NCBI GenBank assembly: GCA_973895155.1
Contig: OZ316893.1
Span: 14,538,645-14,602,644, forward strand
Direction: 5' to 3'
Origin: Marsupella aquatica
Lineage: Eukaryota > Plantae > Marchantiophyta
Length of the DNA: 64,000 nt
The position numbers and the translations under genes were made by a program. Positions 1 through 18,872 of the stretch are shown piece by piece (the first letter of the stretch is position 1; the number at the start of each line of letters is the position of its first letter). Below the pieces are notes generated by a model. That model saw only the letters and a program-made list of their open reading frames with translations. It was not told the origin of the DNA and ran no database searches.

Positions 1-1608
1 CACTCTCCCGTGGGTCAGCTGGGCTAACGATTCCAAGTTACCTTTTGCAGGAACCACATATTTTTGGTCCGTGACCTGGCCATAACATTTTGGTCACTGG
101 AAACCTTTGGGAATGAGCTGGTTTGAGGCGCCCTGATTAAGGCAAGAATGACAAATTCTACCACAAAGGAATGAAGATACCAACTAAGCAAGAACACGAG
201 AGATTAACAAACAAGTGTAGGATGCCAAAATATAAACCCATGGTTGGTCAGATAGGGTTGTGGAGGGTGAGTGTGTGGGTGGGGTGTGGTGGTGAGAGTC
301 CAGCCCCTGGCTAGTCCTTTTTGGGGCTCTGGTCCAACCCCCTTTCTCTCTCTCTCTCTGTACTGGGTATGACCCCCTTTGACCCCCTTTGTAGACTACC
401 CTAGAGAGATGCATGCTCCAAAATTGATGTCTATCTCTCTTGGATGGATAGCTTTCTATATTCAAGGGAAAATAAAATGGCTGATAAAATAATGAATTAT
501 TGTTTGGCAAACTTGGGCGGGAGCCCACAATAATATGGAGGACTGGGACAGCACTCTATGGAACCCCATGAAGGAACCCCATGAAATAGGGGAACATTAA
601 TCAGGCGTAGATTTAATGAGGGGTCAAGCAAGATGCCTCCTGATTGACTGATTCGTTCGAAAAAGAAAAGGTGATCCACATTCGCAATGCGTCAGCTGTG
701 ATCGTCACAATCGTGACTCCCATTGCACTTCTCCACGCCAGTCAAATCAGCTGTCACGAAGCTCATCGAGGATTCGAGGATGCAAATAATGGTGTGGCGA
801 TCGATCACCATCGCCCTCGTCCGCTCGCAGAGTCGCAGTAACTCACTGTACTCGGTCTCGTGATTTGATCGAGATTATTAGTGACGGATTTCGGTGACGC
901 ATGATTATTATTATTACAGGAACATCGAAACGAGGAGAAAGGTCTGTACAGGTTTTCCTTCTGTCGGTGTAAACTTGCCGAACGAGCTCTTTTCCCGAAA
1001 TTGAAGACAGAGTGCTCTTTCCTGTGCTTCAAGCTTTTGAGGGAGCACAGAGTTATTTTTACTGTGGAACAAAGGAAAGGAAGTTGGGGCAGGAGCTTCG
1101 GACCCGGAATCTCGTCCGTCCTCATGACGTCTGCTTCTGTTATCGTCACTCGATCCATTCTCGCATGGGCCCGCCCCGCCCGGCACCGGGCCCCCCGGCA
1201 GCCATCGGCACCATGGCTGCTGCCGTTCTGTTTCCCTTCGCTGCTGATGTGCCGTGGGAAGCCGCCGTGACGGGAGCGATGTGGGGCGACTGGGCGAGGC
1301 TCTGGCAGTCCGGCACACTTTGTTAGCGCGAATGGCGGAGAGAAGTGATTAAACAATACGCTGTGCAATTAAAAAAAGATTGAGTGAGATGAATAAAAGT
1401 TGTGAAGGTGAGTGAGATCCATTGCCTGGTCGAGCACGACAGAATTGGGAGGAAGGTGGTCTTCGCCTTCTTACTCTGCGTGCTTCTTGTGAGTGGGATT
1501 GGGATCGGGATCGTGGATAAGTAGGGAGAGTTCCGTCGACAGGCAAAAGTGGAGTGGTCGACCGAAGGGTTGCGAGGCTTCGAATAAATTCGTCTCCTCC
1601 GCTCAATT

Positions 1609-1610
<2 letters not shown>

Positions 1611-1661
<51 letters not shown>
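1611..1661 (+). repeat. (GA)n microsatellite abutting the malic enzyme start codon (probable 5' UTR)
   Basis: About 25 perfect GA units run directly into the ATG at 1662. Confidence 0.95.
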
Positions 1662-6914
<5,253 letters not shown>

Positions 6915-8910
6915 TTCGAGATTTGATCAACTAAATCAAAGCCACTAAAGTGCCTCCACTCCCTTTGTCGAGCAGCCAATGTTTATATAGGAATCCGGCC
7001 CCAGCGTAAGGCACTGTTTTCTTTCTATATTTTGATTGAATTATAAGCCTCTGGATAGTTTAAAAGTATGACGGGCCTTTACATTTTCCTATCGATGAGT
7101 ATCATCAGTTCTAAGCCATACCTTGAGGTCGCCAGCCTGTGGCCAATTCATCTATTGTTTGACCAAGTTTGTAAACGGCTGTGGCATATTCCCAAATATG
7201 CCCGCTTTTTATGGAATAATGGGTGTCCTGAGGGTAGCACTGGGCTGTACAAGTATCGGAGAACCAAGACGATATTAGTCCCATGAGATCTGTGGACGTT
7301 TGATACTTGTAAGCGAAACGAGTGAGCCCCAGGGATTGGAATCTTACTCTACAAAGTATAGAGTACAATACTTGTGTAGTTCTCTGCACTTGTGTACTGT
7401 TCTGGAGGCCCACTACTCTGGATTAGCAAACCTTCGAACAGGAGGCTTGAAAAAAGATAGTTCGGGTTTAAGTACTAAAAAGTGCATATTTTTGGTAAAC
7501 CAGGAATGTTTGTGTCTAGTCCTTGCAATGATTACTAAAGATTGGGAATGTAGATAAGAATAAACACTTGAATCATGGACCGTAAGTCGAGTGCATCATG
7601 GACAGTTGTGAGTGCCTCGTCGACGAGCGTGTGGATACATTTTAACTGACAATTCGAATCCCATCAGTGACTAGCAGCTCCCTCAATCCTTCCTGGAGGC
7701 ACGTTTTATATTGACAATGCAAAAAAGGAGGGGAAACAAGGGAGCTAAGCTTAGGATATGACCTTCTGAATTGTGAAACAACATACAACTTGTGGTTTCT
7801 TCTCTAACCGGCTGTATGTATCACTCTGCCCAAAAGCCACAAATGCCCAACCCCAACACAAGACAACAAAGACTCAAGAGCGCGTGAGTTGCATTCGTGA
7901 ATGACATTAAGAAAATGTGTTTAGTGCCTAGAGTAAAGGGTCTAAAGGCTGAGTGCTTCGATAAAGTGGATTGGTTTTCACGGTGAGTTGATTGATCGAT
8001 CAGTTAGTCAAACCCCAAGTACGATAAAAGATGAACGTATCCACATTTGAGACTAATCTGTTTGAGTCTTCATGGACCATCAACGGCATGTTTCTGGGTC
8101 ACATTCTAGATCACATGGGAAGTCCTACAATTACAGTTAGGATTTCTCCATTTATAAACTACAGGGTATGAACATTGCTGTCATCTACCTCCAAGAACAT
8201 TGCATTGAAAAAAACTTTCGAGTGAAGAAGCGAAGTAACGAAAAAACAGAGTGTTTTAACTTGAATATGTAGATTTGGTTCATACGAATAAGATCTTAAT
8301 TATGAGCTGATCAGCTTTCAGTCAAAATCTTGTGCGTAAGGACGCATATTCAGGAAACATGTCTCAATACTTTATCAGAAACAAATTTTTGCACATCCCG
8401 AATGCACACGGCCACATAATTTGTCCTTCAAGGAAGTTACTTTGTGGTCTTCTAAAAATGTCTTGTAATCAAAACTTGATGCTTCTTCGTTCCACCCATG
8501 CAAATCTCCCCTGATATCTCGGGAATAAATCATGTCATTTTATTTTCACGAGTGATATCAAAGTGTAAGATTATGCATAGAATGAGTACTTCCTCCCATT
8601 GTCGCCCTTGTAGTGTAGTCTGCATCTGTCAAAAATAGCAAGAAATCTATGAGTCATCCATCTCTCAAACGAGTTGATGGGAGACAACAGGTTATTGAGA
8701 ACCAATTGCGAGATAACGGCAAGAACGGAGCAGAAATTTACAATTGACTAACCTGTGGAAGATGTCGACGCACACAGTCAAAGCTGAGCGTTTCCCAGTC
8801 TGAAAGAGTTGCCCGAGAATTCGCAAGAAAGCATGAACTAGCCAAGGTTTCACTGGATTTTCACGCCATCATCAAATTAAATAAATTGAAATGTACTCTC
8901 CACGATGGAA

Positions 8911-9295
8911 GCATCCAACCATATGACCATTGTGTGCATACTTTTAATGAACAGAAAATTTCAAATATGACAGCCTGAATCTCATGTGTATAAGAAGTTT
9001 CATTTTCAAATAATGAGTACTGAATCACATGTGTATAAGAAGTTTCATTTTCAAATAATGAGTACAATGACTGTGCTCGTCCGCAGATTTTAGGACGAGG
9101 AAAATTGATGTGAAGCTGTACATTCATCCACCCATATGACCATTGTGTGCATACTTTTAATAAACAGAAATATTCAAATATGACAGCCTGAATCTCATGT
9201 GTATAAGAAGTTTCATTTTCAAATAATGAGTACAGTGACTGTGCTCGTCCGCAGATTTCAGGACGAGCAAAATTGATGTGAAGCTGTACATTCAT
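8911..9295. repeat. Nested tandem duplication (~170-210 bp units with an internal ~45-bp duplicate)
   Basis: The CATATGACCATTGTGTGCATACTTTTAAT...GAAGCTGTACATTCAT block occurs twice. TGTGTATAAGAAGTTTCATTTTCAAATAATGAGTAC occurs three times. Confidence 0.85.
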
Positions 9296-9597
9296 ACTCG
9301 GCTACATTTCATCTGCAGTGATTGCCCTGAGATCTTAGAAAAAATCTCATAAATGATGGCAGTGACTTATCAAATGTAAATTTGATATGCTGTGCTTTTG
9401 GGCTGTGCCCTATCAAATGTCGGAATGCTATGCTGAGACTGTTTGGAAGCTTTCCAAACAAAAATGAGCAGCTGTCCTATCAGCAGCGCTGAAAATTTGC
9501 ACTCCTGAGAAAAATTTCCAGAGAAAACAAATTGAAGTTGAGATTTGCAGTTTCCGGTACATATAGGCAAACTTCCTTCTCTGGTACTCAGTTTTAT

Positions 9598-12228
9598 TTA
9601 GCTGTCGTCGTTTGATTGTGATTCTTGTTGAGAATACTCACATTGGGCAGGCATGCGACTCGGATTGTGCCCAGATAATTGACTGTCAAGTGCTTCCGGA
9701 TGTAAATGGGAGTATTCTCCCTCAGTATCGCTTTCACCGAGTCCAGATTGTACTTGATAAGATTCGTCCACCTTAGCACCAACAAGCGGGAGTTGGGGCA
9801 GCATTTCGAAATATGCACCCAACTCAGCAGCCTCCAAACTGCAGTTCTGAATGGTTACATCCGACGAAGATGGTGATAGGAGCAATAGTCGATTGGATAT
9901 GATCCCTTCGCGGGATTGACCAACTGTCGGACGATCTTCATCCCCGGCTGGGACCATTCTTTCTGATTCATCATCCAATTTTAAGTCTTCTAGCAGTAGA
10001 TGTGAGGAAGAACTGTTGGTGCTGCAAGAAGGAACCAGAATTTGATTATCATTGGACACATTCATAGTATTGGAAGGTGCTGCTGCATCAGAGATCAGAG
10101 GTTCATTGGACCCACTAAGAGCGACATCAGAGGGGTTCAGAATGCTGACAAAAGGTGCTATACCAGAGACTAAGAGTTCATTTAGAGTCTTGGAAGATGA
10201 TGATGGATCAGAATCATCGGCCTGCTCAAGGATAACAACAGAGGAGTTAAGAATGTTGTACTGTGGTGCTGTACCAGAGACAATGGGTTCATGATGAATG
10301 TTGGAAAATGATAATGGAGCAGAGACCTGAGGCTCCCCGGAGTGACTAGGAGTGACATCAGAGGAGTGGAGAAAGTTGTTGTCTAGGGATTCATCTGACG
10401 GACTGTATATCACATCATAGGAAGTTAGAACAGATTCGGAGGTTGTTGAAGCAGGGATTACTGGTTCACCAGAACGGGCCACCGAAGTCTTGCCCACAAC
10501 AGCAGATGGAGCAGGTAATGCAGGATAAGGTACGGGTAATGCCCTGCTTAGGGCTGGCAAAATTGGAAGCGTTGTGGTGCCAATGATGCGCAATGCTGAG
10601 CACAGTTCAAATACGGCTACACCACATCGAGCCGCTTGGACTGGAGTGAGCAAAGAAAGAAGGTCTTTTAATGTGTGCAACCGAAGATCCTCCGCTTGAA
10701 TTAGAACTCGCCTGAAGCGAGACATTCTTCGATTTGCTACTTGATGAAACCTCGATGAGTCATTAGCAACGGGCGATGCTGCGTCTAGCAAGACAGCCTC
10801 CAACATATCCTGATCGCCTATTAACATCTGTAAAGAGAACTAGCAACATCAATACAAGTTGCCCATAGCTTCCAACCACTGCAATGAACACACAGTTGAC
10901 AGCAGGAAGTCACGTCGACTCTTCGGCTGCTGCAGATCCATCCATCGACCATCATCATGGAGCCACAACCCTTGTGCTCGTGTTGACAATTGCTAGTTGC
11001 TGGAGAATGTGATCGAGGAAATGGGAGGGGGGGAAGGGGAAGGGGGGAAGGGGAGCGCGGAAGGAAGGGAGGGAGGGAAGAAGTGGCTTTAAGTTCCCTT
11101 TCTCTGTGAGTTGGGAATTAGTAGAGGTCACTGAAATTGGTCTCGACAGGGGCAGGGAAGAAGGGAACACTGACGCTCAAAAAATGTGCGGACCAGTACT
11201 GACGGATTGAGGCGCATGCACAGATTACAAGGGAGACAACAGTACCTGCAGAAGTGTTAGCTTCTTAGTGATTCTCATCTCGGCATTCTGGATGTGCTTC
11301 TGCAGGTTGTGCATAACAGCGAGCTGCCTTGCAGACAGCAAGGACGAAGTGGAGGTCGCGCCAACGTGACCAGCACGCACAGCTTCAATGGCATTTTCGA
11401 TATCGATGCCCATCAGAGAGTATATTAGCACCAAGGCTGATGTAGGTCTCCAGCCACCGACCCACATTAGTCCAGACTCCAGTCGCGTCACATCAGCTCC
11501 TGAGTCATCAAGCGCTTCAATAAGGAACAATCCCGACGTTGCAAGTAGCATTGATGCCGTGACCAAGGATTGGTAACAAATGCATGAAGTTGTGAATCTA
11601 ACCTCTCGACACAGTTCCAAAACTGAGACAAAACTATGTGTGCGGAGTTTGTCTGACTCACGCCACACATAGGAAATTACTGAAATGGATTCAGGTTATA
11701 CAATTCGTTCGAAACAGCATACAAACCAAAGGAGAAAAACTTTACATTGCAAGATGGAAGAAAAGCCTCACCGAGAGTCATAGTGCGCGCGTACGTGGAA
11801 GAGAGCACCTCATTATGAAGGTGGGTCAAGTAGAAGGAGAAGCAGCCATGCAAGGGTCCAAGCACGGCAATATCAGGAGTGCTAGAGAGCAATGCTTCCC
11901 GCATCAACACGACATGAGGTTGACAGTCCCCCCACCAAAACCGCCTCGGTGGTAACCCACCTTCTCCGCCTCCTTCGGCCGCCTCCACCGCGTCCTTCTC
12001 CTTGCCTCTCGAATCCGAAGCAGCACCGGCAGCTGATGCATTCTCGTCCTGTCCCTGATCTGAACAAGATGCAACTGGCAGTAGTGGCACCGAATTCGAC
12101 TTAGTACTGTCTTGAGAATCTGCTGTTACAATTTGGTGCCGTTGTTCCTGTGGCTCTTCCGGGTCTTCATATTCCTGCATCTTTTTCTTGTGTTTACCAT
12201 CGAGCTCGGGCTTCGCTTCGAGATTCAT
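9598..12228 (-). CDS. DOG1-domain (DOG1-like/TGA C-terminal-type) protein with long Ser/Pro-rich C-terminal extension; exons about 12228-11809, ~11515-11246, 10827-9598 (first junction uncertain)
   Basis: The motifs LESGLMWVGGWRPT, LSARQL...L...AE..IT..L..LQ and QAEDLRLHTL..L..LLTPVQAA are typical of the DOG1 domain. GT-AG intron 11245-10828. No bZIP region is visible. Confidence 0.8.
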
Positions 12229-14407
12229 GTTGTCCGTTACTACAGTTACCTTCTTGCGAAAATACTACCAATGCTGCTTCTACTCTTCTTTCTTTTCAAG
12301 TTGGTTGGTTGGTCACAACACATACCAGTTTCTTCCCTACTCGGCTTTCTGAAGTGTCTTGTTCGATTTCTCTTCCTTTTACCTTCTTTGCTTTGAAACC
12401 TTACTCTCGCTACCACTCATAATCTCCGCGAGCGTGAGAGTTACTAAGGTTGTGTGTAGGGGGAATGAATGCCAACCAGCTGGTACCTCGCTCAAGATTT
12501 AGTGAGGTCAAGATTAAGCAAGATCGAAAACATCATGCCACCTCATCTTGAATCATCCATCCATCCAACTAGCCAACTTTACCAACCAGCGTACCAGCTA
12601 ATCAAATCTACGAAGTAAAAACCTACGAACGAAATAACAAGATTTCAGCTTCTTCATAGACAGGTTTCGATGTCCAATGCAGTGGGCATCTAGGCAGCCA
12701 GCAAGCAAGCAGTACAGTGCGGTCTGCAGATCTCACTTGGTAGACTGAGAATTGGCAGGGTCTCACCATTCCGTAAAATGAAAAAGCCTATCTTAACATG
12801 CACTGAGTGGGGGAACTAGTCTGCCAGCCTGCTAGCTAGCGAGGATCCTCCCTCCTGCCGCAAACCGCCACCTACAATATTATTAAAGGAAACACCCGCA
12901 TTCGTTAGCAACTAGAATCCCTCCTTTGCCGTGCAAAAACACTCAACAAAGGAAGAAAAATAATTGACACGGCTGGACAGCCCACACCCCTAGACACGTT
13001 CACGGTGCCAACCCCAACTCCTACCGTCTGTCTGAGCTAGGACTTTGCACTTGATCGCTAGCACAGACAGGCAAATGAACATCAATCAGCTTATTACTGT
13101 GTGGTGGATTGGACAGCAGATTACTACCATCATATCAGTTTCTCTTCCCAGACGTGCTACTCTTCACTAAGACCAACAGACACAACCTCCGCCTATGTTT
13201 GTACTTGACGCCTGCCTCCAGGACAGAGACTCGTCCGAAGCCCTGGAGAAAATTATTGTGTCATGCTTTCGGACAACACATGTTGTGCGATCACCGAATG
13301 TTCTACACAAGCACTGTGAGTCTGGGAAGTTACCAACAACCCCCTCGTTCAATTCAGATGGTCCCACGGGGAGGGACACTACACTTTCTTACCGCTTTTA
13401 TAGCTGGCAGTAGCCACAACAGGCTCTCTACAGAATTTTTCCGCCCTTCCGCCCCCGGGCTTCCGTCTATGGACACACTCGCTCGCTTGCTTGCTTGCCT
13501 TGCTGCTGCCCGCCGATTCAGTACCTTACCCAGGGCGGACGAACTCCTCCCGTCCTCCGGATCTAATCTTTACCCACCTCACCCTCCGGCTCCGTAGACG
13601 TCGACCTACAATTCTCAGTAACTCTCAGCCAGCCTCTGCGCTATTTTGGCAGACCTCTGACCAGACATCCAAGGTAAGTAACAGATCAAGAGAGCAACAG
13701 CGAATGCTCCGCCTTCGAATCCTCGATCACAGACAGCGAATGCTCCGCACTCGAATCCTCGATCACAGAATGCGAGAGGAGAATAGAATGGAAGCAGTTT
13801 CAACCCGTTTCGTGGTATGTTTTGAATGAGAGAGACGGAGAGAAGACGATGGCTGAACTCGCCGTCCACAATCCATTCACAGAATCACGTTCAATCTGAC
13901 GGGCATTCAATTCACGCGGCGCCATGGTCCGCGAATCCGCGATGGGTTTTTTCTAGTTTCTGCACAACAAATGCGTATCTTTTCCTCGCATGTCGTGAGC
14001 TCCTTCTTTTCGAAGGAATGGACTTTGAAGACCATACTGAAAGCCTCCGAATCGAAACATTATATCCCTTTGGACGGCTGACAACACGTGTCGCGATGTC
14101 TGAGATTGTCGAAACTGTGACCGTCGGTTGGTGCCGCCAAATCCGAGTTCGGATCGGACTGTGCCATGGACCGGGGCTTCGTTAATTGACACCCCGCTCA
14201 GGCATGGTGGGGCCTCCCAACACTCGACGAGTGGCTGTGACGGCGAACCAGAGATCGGCACGTGCTGTAGAAGATTTTCCTATGCGTGCGATAGCAGACA
14301 AAGCCCTTCCTGTCGGACCGGTCTCGACCTTTCCTCGCCATGGTAGAAATAACACGTAGGGTACCGAGTTTCCCGAATTCTATCGCACAGTTGTGAATTA
14401 CAGTTTT

Positions 14408-16396
14408 AGGGTGACCCTTTGGGTGGGCCTCTTTTTGCCATTGTCCATTTTACAGTTTTACGGGAAGCTGCCATGGCCCACCCCCAATGTATCTTCCCTT
14501 CCCTTTCAGATGACACCCACATCATTGGTCCTCCTGCCGCGGTTACTTTTGCCCTCGCCACTCTTTCCACCCATTTGATGGGCCTCGGTTTACGAGTTCA
14601 GCCTGTGAAGAGTCGTGCATGGAGTCCAGCTGGGTTACCCTCTGATCTTGTGCTTCCCCCAGGGTTCTTACGTCCCGCCGATGGTCTTCGGGTCCTTGGC
14701 TCCCCAGTCGGTACCGCCTCCTTTTGCTCATCTTTCATCGCTGACTCTATATAGGCTGCCTTAGCCCATACTCCTATGCTCCCTAAGTTAGCAGATTCTC
14801 AGGCAGCATTTGGGATGTTGTTGAGGTGCATCCACCTTCGTGCGTCTTATCTGGCTAGGACGCATCCCCCTACCGAGGATCTTTGTCTCCACCTTCGAGC
14901 ATTTGATGTCTCCATTCGTCAGACCCTGGCCTCTCTTTTAGGTCTGGGTACGTTGCTCTCATCTCCGTGGCTTCATCGACAACTCAGTCTTCCTATCTCG
15001 CAGGGTGGTTTTGGGCTTACTTCCATTGAGAGCCTTGCACCTTTGGCCTTTTTGGGTGCATGGGCGGCCGCCTTCTCGTTGTTGGCCGATCGTTTTCTTA
15101 TTGAGGATCGTCCTTTTTTACTTTCATCTCTCATGGAGGTAGAGGAGGGTTCCCTCCCGTTTCAGGTTCATTTGCGCGCAGCGCGGTCCTCATTACCAGA
15201 TCCCGTTCGCGCCTCGTTACCTTCTTTCCAGGAGTTTTTATCCTTGGATCCCGTTCGTCTTCAGGCAAACCTCGCTGGGCGTATGCACACTTTCACCCTT
15301 TCCAGCATCCTCTCCGAGGCACCTGACACGGACCGAGCTCGGATTCTTTCTTCTGGAGGGAAGGGCGCAGGTGGATGGCTTCAGGCCAATCCAGTCATTC
15401 CTCATTTGCGGATGTCTTCAACGGAGTTCTCCACAGCCATGCGTCTTCGTCTGGGGCTGCCCCACCCACTTCTTGCAGGTTTACCTCCTTCTTGCACTTG
15501 TGGGAAGCCTTGTGATGCCACAGGTGTCCATCTTCTTCGGTGCAGTTTGGGAGGTGAAACCATTATTGTTCACGACGCTGTGCGAGATGCGACTGCTCAA
15601 GTTCTCTCTGGCTCTTTGGTATGCGTGCAGCGGGAGGTGGTACTCGAGTTACCTGGTCCTCCATCACAGCGGTTACGGGTGGATCTTACCATGGTCCGTG
15701 AGGGTCAACGTACTTTGGCAGATGTTGTGGTGGCAAACCCATTGCGCCAAGACATCATTGGGACAGCGGCAACTACGGCAGGGGCAGCAGCGTCACGTGC
15801 GGCAACAACGAAGGAGGCCAAATATGCTGCACGAGCTTCATCCGACAGCTTCCTCCCCCTTGCTGTGGAGCTATTTGGGCGTCTTCATCCTCAGTTTGAT
15901 GGGCTTCTTCGGCAAGCTGCCCGGGATGTTCATGGCCGAATGGGTCCCACCGGACCCCCGCTTTCTATTTTGACCACGCACTTTCGCCAACGCATTTCAG
16001 TCACCTTACAGCGTGCTCAAGCTCGGGCCATCTATTGTCGATCTCTTACAGTGGGTGCTAGTGTGCCTCCGCAGCGGCTAGCTCCCCTTGAGGATGTTCC
16101 AATCCCACTTGCCGATCTAGTTTTGACTCTTGATGTGGACCATTAGCTTTTTGCCACAATCGGTAGGAATGATGAGGACCTCGGTCCGCTTGGGTTAGTT
16201 TTAGTCTCTCTCTCTTTCTTGGTTTTTAGGGGTTCCCTATTGTTCATTTCTTACTTTTAGTTCCTCTTTCTTGGTGTTTAGTGGTTCCCTTTTGCTCATT
16301 TCTTTTTCGATTGGTTTTGTCCACTTGGGCCCTCTTTTGTTTGTTCATTTGTACTCTGTTTGGTCCCTTTGTATATAAAAAGTGTGTATATTTCTC
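14408..16396 (+). mobile_element. 5'-truncated CRE-clade-like (RT + restriction-like endonuclease) non-LTR retrotransposon, copy 1
   Basis: Begins inside the RT at (Q)GDPLGG. Has LSDD, a C-terminal CxC..C...H...C knuckle, and an HDAVRD / RVDL / ADVVV / KEAKY RLE-type domain. Nonsense codon at 14752-14754 (CAG in copy 2). The T-rich 3' UTR is shared with copy 2. Candidate TSD TTTAGGGTG at 14405-14413 and 16397-16405. Confidence 0.88.
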
Positions 16397-16639
16397 TTTA
16401 GGGTGGGTTTACAAGAAGTTGGGACATTCATGATTTTTTACACCAAAGCAAACTAGAAAGGCCACTTATTTGATTTGATTAGGGACTCCACTAGAGGTCC
16501 TTTCCAAAATTCTTGGCACCACAGCGTGCCACATCAACAACAACCATAACAAACAAGACTCGTGGGTTCTGTGAATCAAACTTATAATTTTCATTCGTGT
16601 TTGTCTCAATTTGGGTGTAAATTTTGGGACACCGTGCCA

Positions 16640-17316
16640 TAAAAAGAAAAGTAAAAACATTGAAAATGCAAAGAGCAAGACGGTTAAAATTGTCACTATG
16701 TAACCGTTTCAGTTACATTTCCAATTTTAAAACTTAAATTCAAAGATTTATAAAAAGTATTTTTTATATGATAAATAATGACTAATAACTAACTTGATAA
16801 CTTCCTTGTTAAACCGCAACTCCCGGTATGTAAGGACCTCTCGTATTGTATGGCCATTAATGTTGGGAAGAGCACATAGAAACCTAGGATCGGGGAGGAG
16901 GAATGGCTGGAATCTTGAAAGTTCATCAAATTTTATACTCAAAACTATTTACTCATTCTCAAAACAAAAAATACCCAGTCGTAGATCTCATTGAGATCTT
17001 TCTTTTGCACCCTAGATCGCCTTCTAACATGGATGAATGAGATTTCTAGAGGCATTACAAAATGGATGGCAAAGATCATAAAATCAACAAAATCGACGGC
17101 TAGGAAGGCTTGGATTTGTTTAATTTTTCATTTGAAAAATATTAACCCATTTTCAAAATGGACAGAACCCATCCATAGATCTATTTGAGATCTTTCTTTT
17201 GAGCCATAGATTGGCCATTATGATGGACGGACGAGATTTCCAGAGATAAGAAATGGAGACGGCTCAGATCAACTCTTCCCCCTGATTTTATTAGCCAAGG
17301 GGTCCACGAACTAATT

Positions 17317-17317
<1 letters not shown>
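16640..17317. repeat. ~680-bp dispersed direct repeat, copy A
   Basis: Near-identical to 18873-19550 (both start TAAAAAGAAAAGTAAAAA and end GGGTCCACGAACTAATTT). The same short ORFs appear twice in the ORF track. Confidence 0.9.

Positions 17318-17318
<1 letters not shown>

Positions 17319-17352
<34 letters not shown>
17319..17352. repeat. (AT)n microsatellite
   Basis: Perfect AT run immediately after repeat copy A. Confidence 0.95.
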
Positions 17353-17355
<3 letters not shown>

Positions 17356-17390
17356 TAGAGGCAACAAGCCCCATAAACTACACGGGAAGA

Positions 17391-18152
17391 CACTACTGTC
17401 TTCCCCCGAACACAACGCCCAGGCGCTATATTCAAATATAGCGCCCTAGGCGTTGTGTTCAAATTTTGTCACAAGGATTTGGATTTTTTTCACTTGTCAC
17501 ACTGTGTTCCAAAAATGGCATTGTATTTGAGATTTGGCGTTGTGTATAAGGCTAGGAGATCAATTTATGGTGTAAGCACAAATAAAAGTCTATACAGAAC
17601 TTATGTCTTAAAGAAAATGTTTGGGAATGTGTAGGTAATTCAAACACTGAAATTACACAAGGGAAGAGAGCCAAAAGAGCCAAGAGGATCTCCATTCTAT
17701 TACCAAAAAGAAAATCTGTCACAAATTTGATGAGATAAGTCATAATAGGAGTTTAGAGTTTCATTATTGAAAGTTGTCAAGTGCCCTTTCAGTCGAGTAA
17801 GTGTGTCTGAGCTTTTGCTCCAGAAATTGTTGCGACTATTGCTACACACGATGCAAAAACTATGGACAGTTTTTTTTGTTCAGTTTTGCTTCAACATCGA
17901 ATGTAGCGGGAAACACAAAATAGGATCTCTCTCAAACACAGGGTGCAATTTCAAACACAACACCAACTTCAAATCTCTCAAACATGGGGTGCAATGTTGA
18001 ACACAACGCCAACTATTCGAACACAGCGCCAACTTTGAACACAACGCCCGGATGTTGTGTTTGAACAAAAACAACTTTTTCCTTTTAGGACCCTAAAAAT
18101 CTCATAGTCGAACACAGCGCCTGGGCATTGTGTTCGGGGGAAGACGGTAGCG
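17391..18152. mobile_element. Non-autonomous CACTA (En/Spm-type) element
   Basis: ~43-bp TIRs: CACTACTGTCTTCCCCCGAACACAACGCCCAGGCGCT at the left end, its near-perfect reverse complement ending GGTAGCG at the right end. 3-bp TSD AGA on both sides. Several subterminal GAACACAACGCC repeats in both orientations. No transposase ORF. Confidence 0.85.
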
Positions 18153-18872
18153 AGACAATCCACTTGTCTGATGGGAGGAGACAGGAGAAAACAAAACAAA
18201 AATAAAGAGGCCATAAGAAGGCGCACACCCTAGAGAAAGGAAGGGGCACACCCTGGAGAAGGTGCCACTTCTTGTTCCCAAGATAGAATTATACACCATA
18301 ATGTTTTTGGAATGAAGGTTCAATCACTTGAATGAAGGAGCCAAAGTTTACAAATATTTAAGGTGGTCTACAATCTGAGAGAAAACTAATACTTCAGCAT
18401 TGCCTTGGGCTCACTCCTTGCCATATGGGGTAGGCGGAGACCATATCTTAATGGCTCCATAGTTTTTAGAGCCAACTACGGCCCTTTCCACTCATGGAAG
18501 GGTCCATATGTAGTCTCAAGAAAGTACAAAGCTAGAAGACAATGGGCCTAGCCTCCACCGCTTGTAAGGACACCCTTATGTTAAGTTGGAAGCCGAATTG
18601 CTTTCAAACCTGTGCAATTGTAGAATTTCAATGAATAAGTATAGCCAACAAATGAAACCTCAGAAGAACTTGATTTTGTCACGGAACCTATCTTAGTTTC
18701 ATAATATTGTAGTTGCTCCATGTAAGACAACCTATGATCGCGATGGGATTACAACCTGTAGCCTCCAAAGCAGTCATAGATCATCCATAGACCCTGGAAG
18801 TGTATTTTTTTCTCTATTTCCGCTCTATTCCCATTCAAGGTGAACTTATGCCCTCTGAGAACCCCCAAGCAG

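Noticed and set aside
805-1368. Overlapping 90-190 aa ORFs upstream of the malic enzyme
   Set aside because: GC-rich promoter-like DNA with no family motifs. ORFs on both strands suggest chance.
1554-1661. In-frame upstream GTG adding a poly-(ER) N-terminus to the malic enzyme
   Set aside because: It is translation of the (GA)n microsatellite. A non-AUG start is unlikely, and the ATG at 1662 has a good context.
16169-16190. TGATGAG-GACC-TC-GGTC-C in the CRE-like 3' UTR (also 26155-26172), resembling a hammerhead ribozyme core
   Set aside because: It lacks the C of CUGAUGA and the obligatory GAAA after the stem in both copies. Only a short conserved hairpin is supported.
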